Under the pieces are notes generated by a model. The model searched no databases. It worked only from the letters and a program-made list of their open reading frames with translations, and had not been told where the DNA came from. From Thermodesulfobacteriota bacterium (GTDB lineage Bacteria; Desulfobacterota; Desulfarculia; JACQYL01), in contig CAXXLZ010000002.1 of assembly GCA_963675595.2 (NCBI GenBank), positions 192,001 through 256,000 on the forward strand: a DNA stretch of 64,000 nt, in the 5' to 3' direction. Below are positions 62,369 through 64,000 of the stretch, piece by piece (positions within the stretch are counted from its first letter, which is position 1; each line of letters opens with the position of its first letter). Position numbers and translations under genes: made by a program.

Positions 62369-63628
62369 ATGGAAGGAAAGCAATACGTCAAACTGGTTGA
62401 TCGGATTCTGATAGCCACTCTGCTGATTTGTCTAACCTGTATTTCGGGGCCTGTGATTGCCGCATCGGAAGCTCCCGACAGCATCAAGATAGGAGCCGCG
62501 ATGCCGGTCAGCGGGAGGTTCGCCTCGGGCGGGCATACCGTTAAACTGGGATATGAGATCGCCGTGGACTTCATCAACAAATCCGGAGGAGTTTTCGTCA
62601 AGGAATTCGACAAGAAGATCCCCTTGGAACTCATCATTCTTGATGATGAGTCCGACCCGGTCAAAACGGTGTCCAAAATGGAAACCCTCAATGAGTCGGA
62701 CAAAGTGCTTGCGTATCTTGGGGGATTCGGAAGTTCCCTCCACGCGGCCGCAGCCGGCGTGGCTGAAAAGAACAAAATCCCTTACTTGGGGGTGGCGTTC
62801 ACCTTGTACTCCATCCATCAGCAAGGCTACAAATACCTATTCTCCCCTTATCCCAAGACCCCGAATTCCGTCAAAACCCTTTTCGAAATGTTGGATACGC
62901 TGCCCCCAACGGAAAGGCCGACCAAAATGGCCATATTCCGGCTCACCACGGACTGGGGAATAGAGCAGGCCGAGGCCGTTCACAAAATGGCTCCTCCCGG
63001 GTACGAGGTGGTCATGGATGCGAGCTACCGCCCGTTGACCAAAGATTTCTCAGCGATGATTCTAAAAGCAAAAGCCACGGGCGCCGATTCGCTGTGGAGC
63101 AATCCCATTCCTCCGGACGGCATCGCCTTGGTGAGACAGTGCAAAGAGCTGAACTGGAATCCCAAATTCCTTTATGTGGTTCGGGCGGCGACTTATGACA
63201 ACTGGATCAAAGCGCTGGGCTCGGCCGGCGATTATGCCGTGTGCGACTCGCCCTACCATTGGTCCTATCCGTTCCCAGGGAACTCGGCGTTTGTGGATGA
63301 ATTCAAGAAGCGGGACAAGGTGCTTCCGGACACGACCGCCGGCGCCGGTTATGTCTGCGTGCAAATATTGGCGAATGCCATTGAAAAAATCGGCGTCCTT
63401 GACAGGGAAAAGCTCAGAGACGCCATCGCCGCCACCGATATGGAGACCATCATGGGTCCAATCCGCTTCGAGGCGGATGGTACTCCCAAAATGTACGGCC
63501 CGGACGGCGCGACTTTGCCGATTGCCGGCATGAGCCAGTGGATAGACGGGAAACAGGAGCTTGTCTGGCCCTCAAACCTGGCAACCGCTCCCTTTGCATA
63601 TCCGGCAAAACCGTTCAAGGAAAGATAA
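62369..63628 (+). CDS. Branched-chain amino acid (LivK/PBP1-type) ABC substrate-binding protein
   Basis: Signal peptide; IKIGAAMPVSGRFA, INKSGGV, LDDESDP and TIMGPIRF motifs. Confidence 0.88.
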   Translation: MEGKQYVKLVDRILIATLLICLTCISGPVIAASEAPDSIKIGAAMPVSGRFASGGHTVKLGYEIAVDFINKSGGVFVKEFDKKIPLELIILDDESDPVKTVSKMETLNESDKVLAYLGGFGSSLHAAAAGVAEKNKIPYLGVAFTLYSIHQQGYKYLFSPYPKTPNSVKTLFEMLDTLPPTERPTKMAIFRLTTDWGIEQAEAVHKMAPPGYEVVMDASYRPLTKDFSAMILKAKATGADSLWSNPIPPDGIALVRQCKELNWNPKFLYVVRAATYDNWIKALGSAGDYAVCDSPYHWSYPFPGNSAFVDEFKKRDKVLPDTTAGAGYVCVQILANAIEKIGVLDREKLRDAIAATDMETIMGPIRFEADGTPKMYGPDGATLPIAGMSQWIDGKQELVWPSNLATAPFAYPAKPFKER

Positions 63629-63704
63629 GTCTCGGCGCTTTTTCGTTGTATTCAATCACAGGATCTCCGGGGGAACAGCAGAGAAGGTGGGCCTTCGGCC
63701 GTCT

Positions 63705-63975
63705 TTTGGGCAGGCACTGTGGCCTGCCCCTACAATAGACGATTTCCTCCCCTGAGGGATTACGGCACTAGGGCCTGCCCTACAAAGCCTGGATTCCCAT
63801 TCACGGAGCGGGTTGTTGGTTTTCGTTCACAGAGGGGTCTCGGGACGAAGCCGAACTTGCCGGCGTCTTTGCCGATTCAGCAGAGGTAAGAAACGTTGAG
63901 AATCGGCTAGGAAGCCTATTGCTCCCTCAGCCTCTCCGCAGAAAGCGGTGAGGCCTGTCCAACGTGCTTTGAAAG
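63705..63975. repeat. Composite REP/MITE-like repeats (GTAG-type REP plus shared MITE blocks)
   Basis: gggcaggcactgtggcctgcccctac (reverse complement begins GTAG); ~63764-63812 resembles ~10361-10408; ~63841-63971 matches the reverse complement of ~8557-8686. Confidence 0.7.
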
Positions 63976-64000
63976 CAACTGTGTTCTTTGTCAACTGAGT

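Overview
GC-rich bacterial window, probably from an anaerobic deltaproteobacterium (Desulfobacterota/Syntrophobacterales-like; inferred only from gene content). The left half (1-31.6 kb) is host chromosome. It carries an RND efflux permease and adaptor separated by a secreted DUF4091-like gene and an intact group II intron, an S8 protease, FapA/DUF342, a thioredoxin, a crotonase + ADP-forming acyl-CoA ligase + KamA-like radical SAM cluster, waaA, carAB, a radical SAM/SPASM protein and an OsmC-like gene with an in-frame TGA and a SECIS-like hairpin (probable selenoprotein). A ~28.9 kb element is integrated at tRNA-Arg(CCT), bounded by a 50-bp direct repeat (31658-31707 / 60513-60562). Its satellite-like backbone is a tyrosine integrase, an Xis-like HTH, a primase-DUF927 helicase, an iteron-type origin and a terS-like gene. 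Its cargo is defence-island-like: an SNF2-DUF3883 / DUF1156 MTase / DUF499 ATPase restriction-like system with an AT-rich membrane gene inserted, a DUF4258-like/DUF2283 pair, and two modules I cannot assign to a named system. These are an Hsp70-TPR protein coupled to a minimal SF1 helicase, and a nuclease-RecQ fusion coupled to a tail-anchored coiled-coil protein. Right of attR lie a truncated hicA remnant, a UbiD decarboxylase and a LivK-type binding protein. A modular MITE/REP-like repeat family with TTCAC(G/A)GG ends is dispersed in host intergenic regions. All family calls come from reading motifs by eye; no database searches were run.
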